64,000 bases of DNA from the human T2T-CHM13v2.0 reference genome, Homo sapiens. The stretch's first letter is position 1; each line of letters starts with the position of its first letter. The stretch is from assembly GCF_009914755.1 (NCBI RefSeq), contig NC_060928.1, one strand, 5' to 3'. Shown piece by piece: positions 63,761-64,000 of this stretch. A program made the position numbers and the translations under genes. The notes under the pieces are model-generated. The model had not been told where the DNA came from and ran no database searches. It saw only the letters and a list, made by a program, of their open reading frames with translations.

Positions 63761-64000
63761 AGTTCCATAACACTGTCATCTCATTGGCTTATGGTATCAG
63801 ATTTCAGTTTCCAGCCTTGCCTTTTCTAATGTACACCTTGTCATGGAGTCATAATGATCTTAAAAATGCAAATTAGATCATTGCTTACCTTGAAGCCCAT
63901 CAAAGGCTTCCATTGCTATCAAGACAAACTTCAAACACCACAGAATGATGTTCAATGCTTTTCATGATTTGATCTCAGTTTAGCTCTCCAGTCTCCCATT

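Overview
AT-rich human genomic DNA (human is inferred from three AluYa5 elements) with no supportable protein-coding gene, RNA gene or CRISPR array; it reads as intergenic or deep-intronic. Most of it is transposable-element debris: 14 Alus, L1 fragments, L2, MIR, L3/CR1, MaLR and ERV1 solo LTRs, an internally deleted two-LTR ERVL provirus, and Tigger- and hAT-derived DNA elements. The ORF track is explained by Alu, L1, L2 and microsatellite sequence or by chance. I found no convincing new biological system. The most unusual structures are: a ~230-bp, ~93%-identical inverted duplication bracketing a 1.7-kb L1 (45313-47445); three near-consensus AluYa5 copies in +/-/+ orientation spaced ~22.7 kb apart; a perfect 65-bp duplication next to a 17-bp hairpin; a 213-nt all-purine Alu tail ending in (AAGGG)6; an AluY without TSD joining two different L1s; and several small templated insertions. 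Repeat names come from recalled consensus sequences, not a database search, and boundaries of old repeats are approximate.
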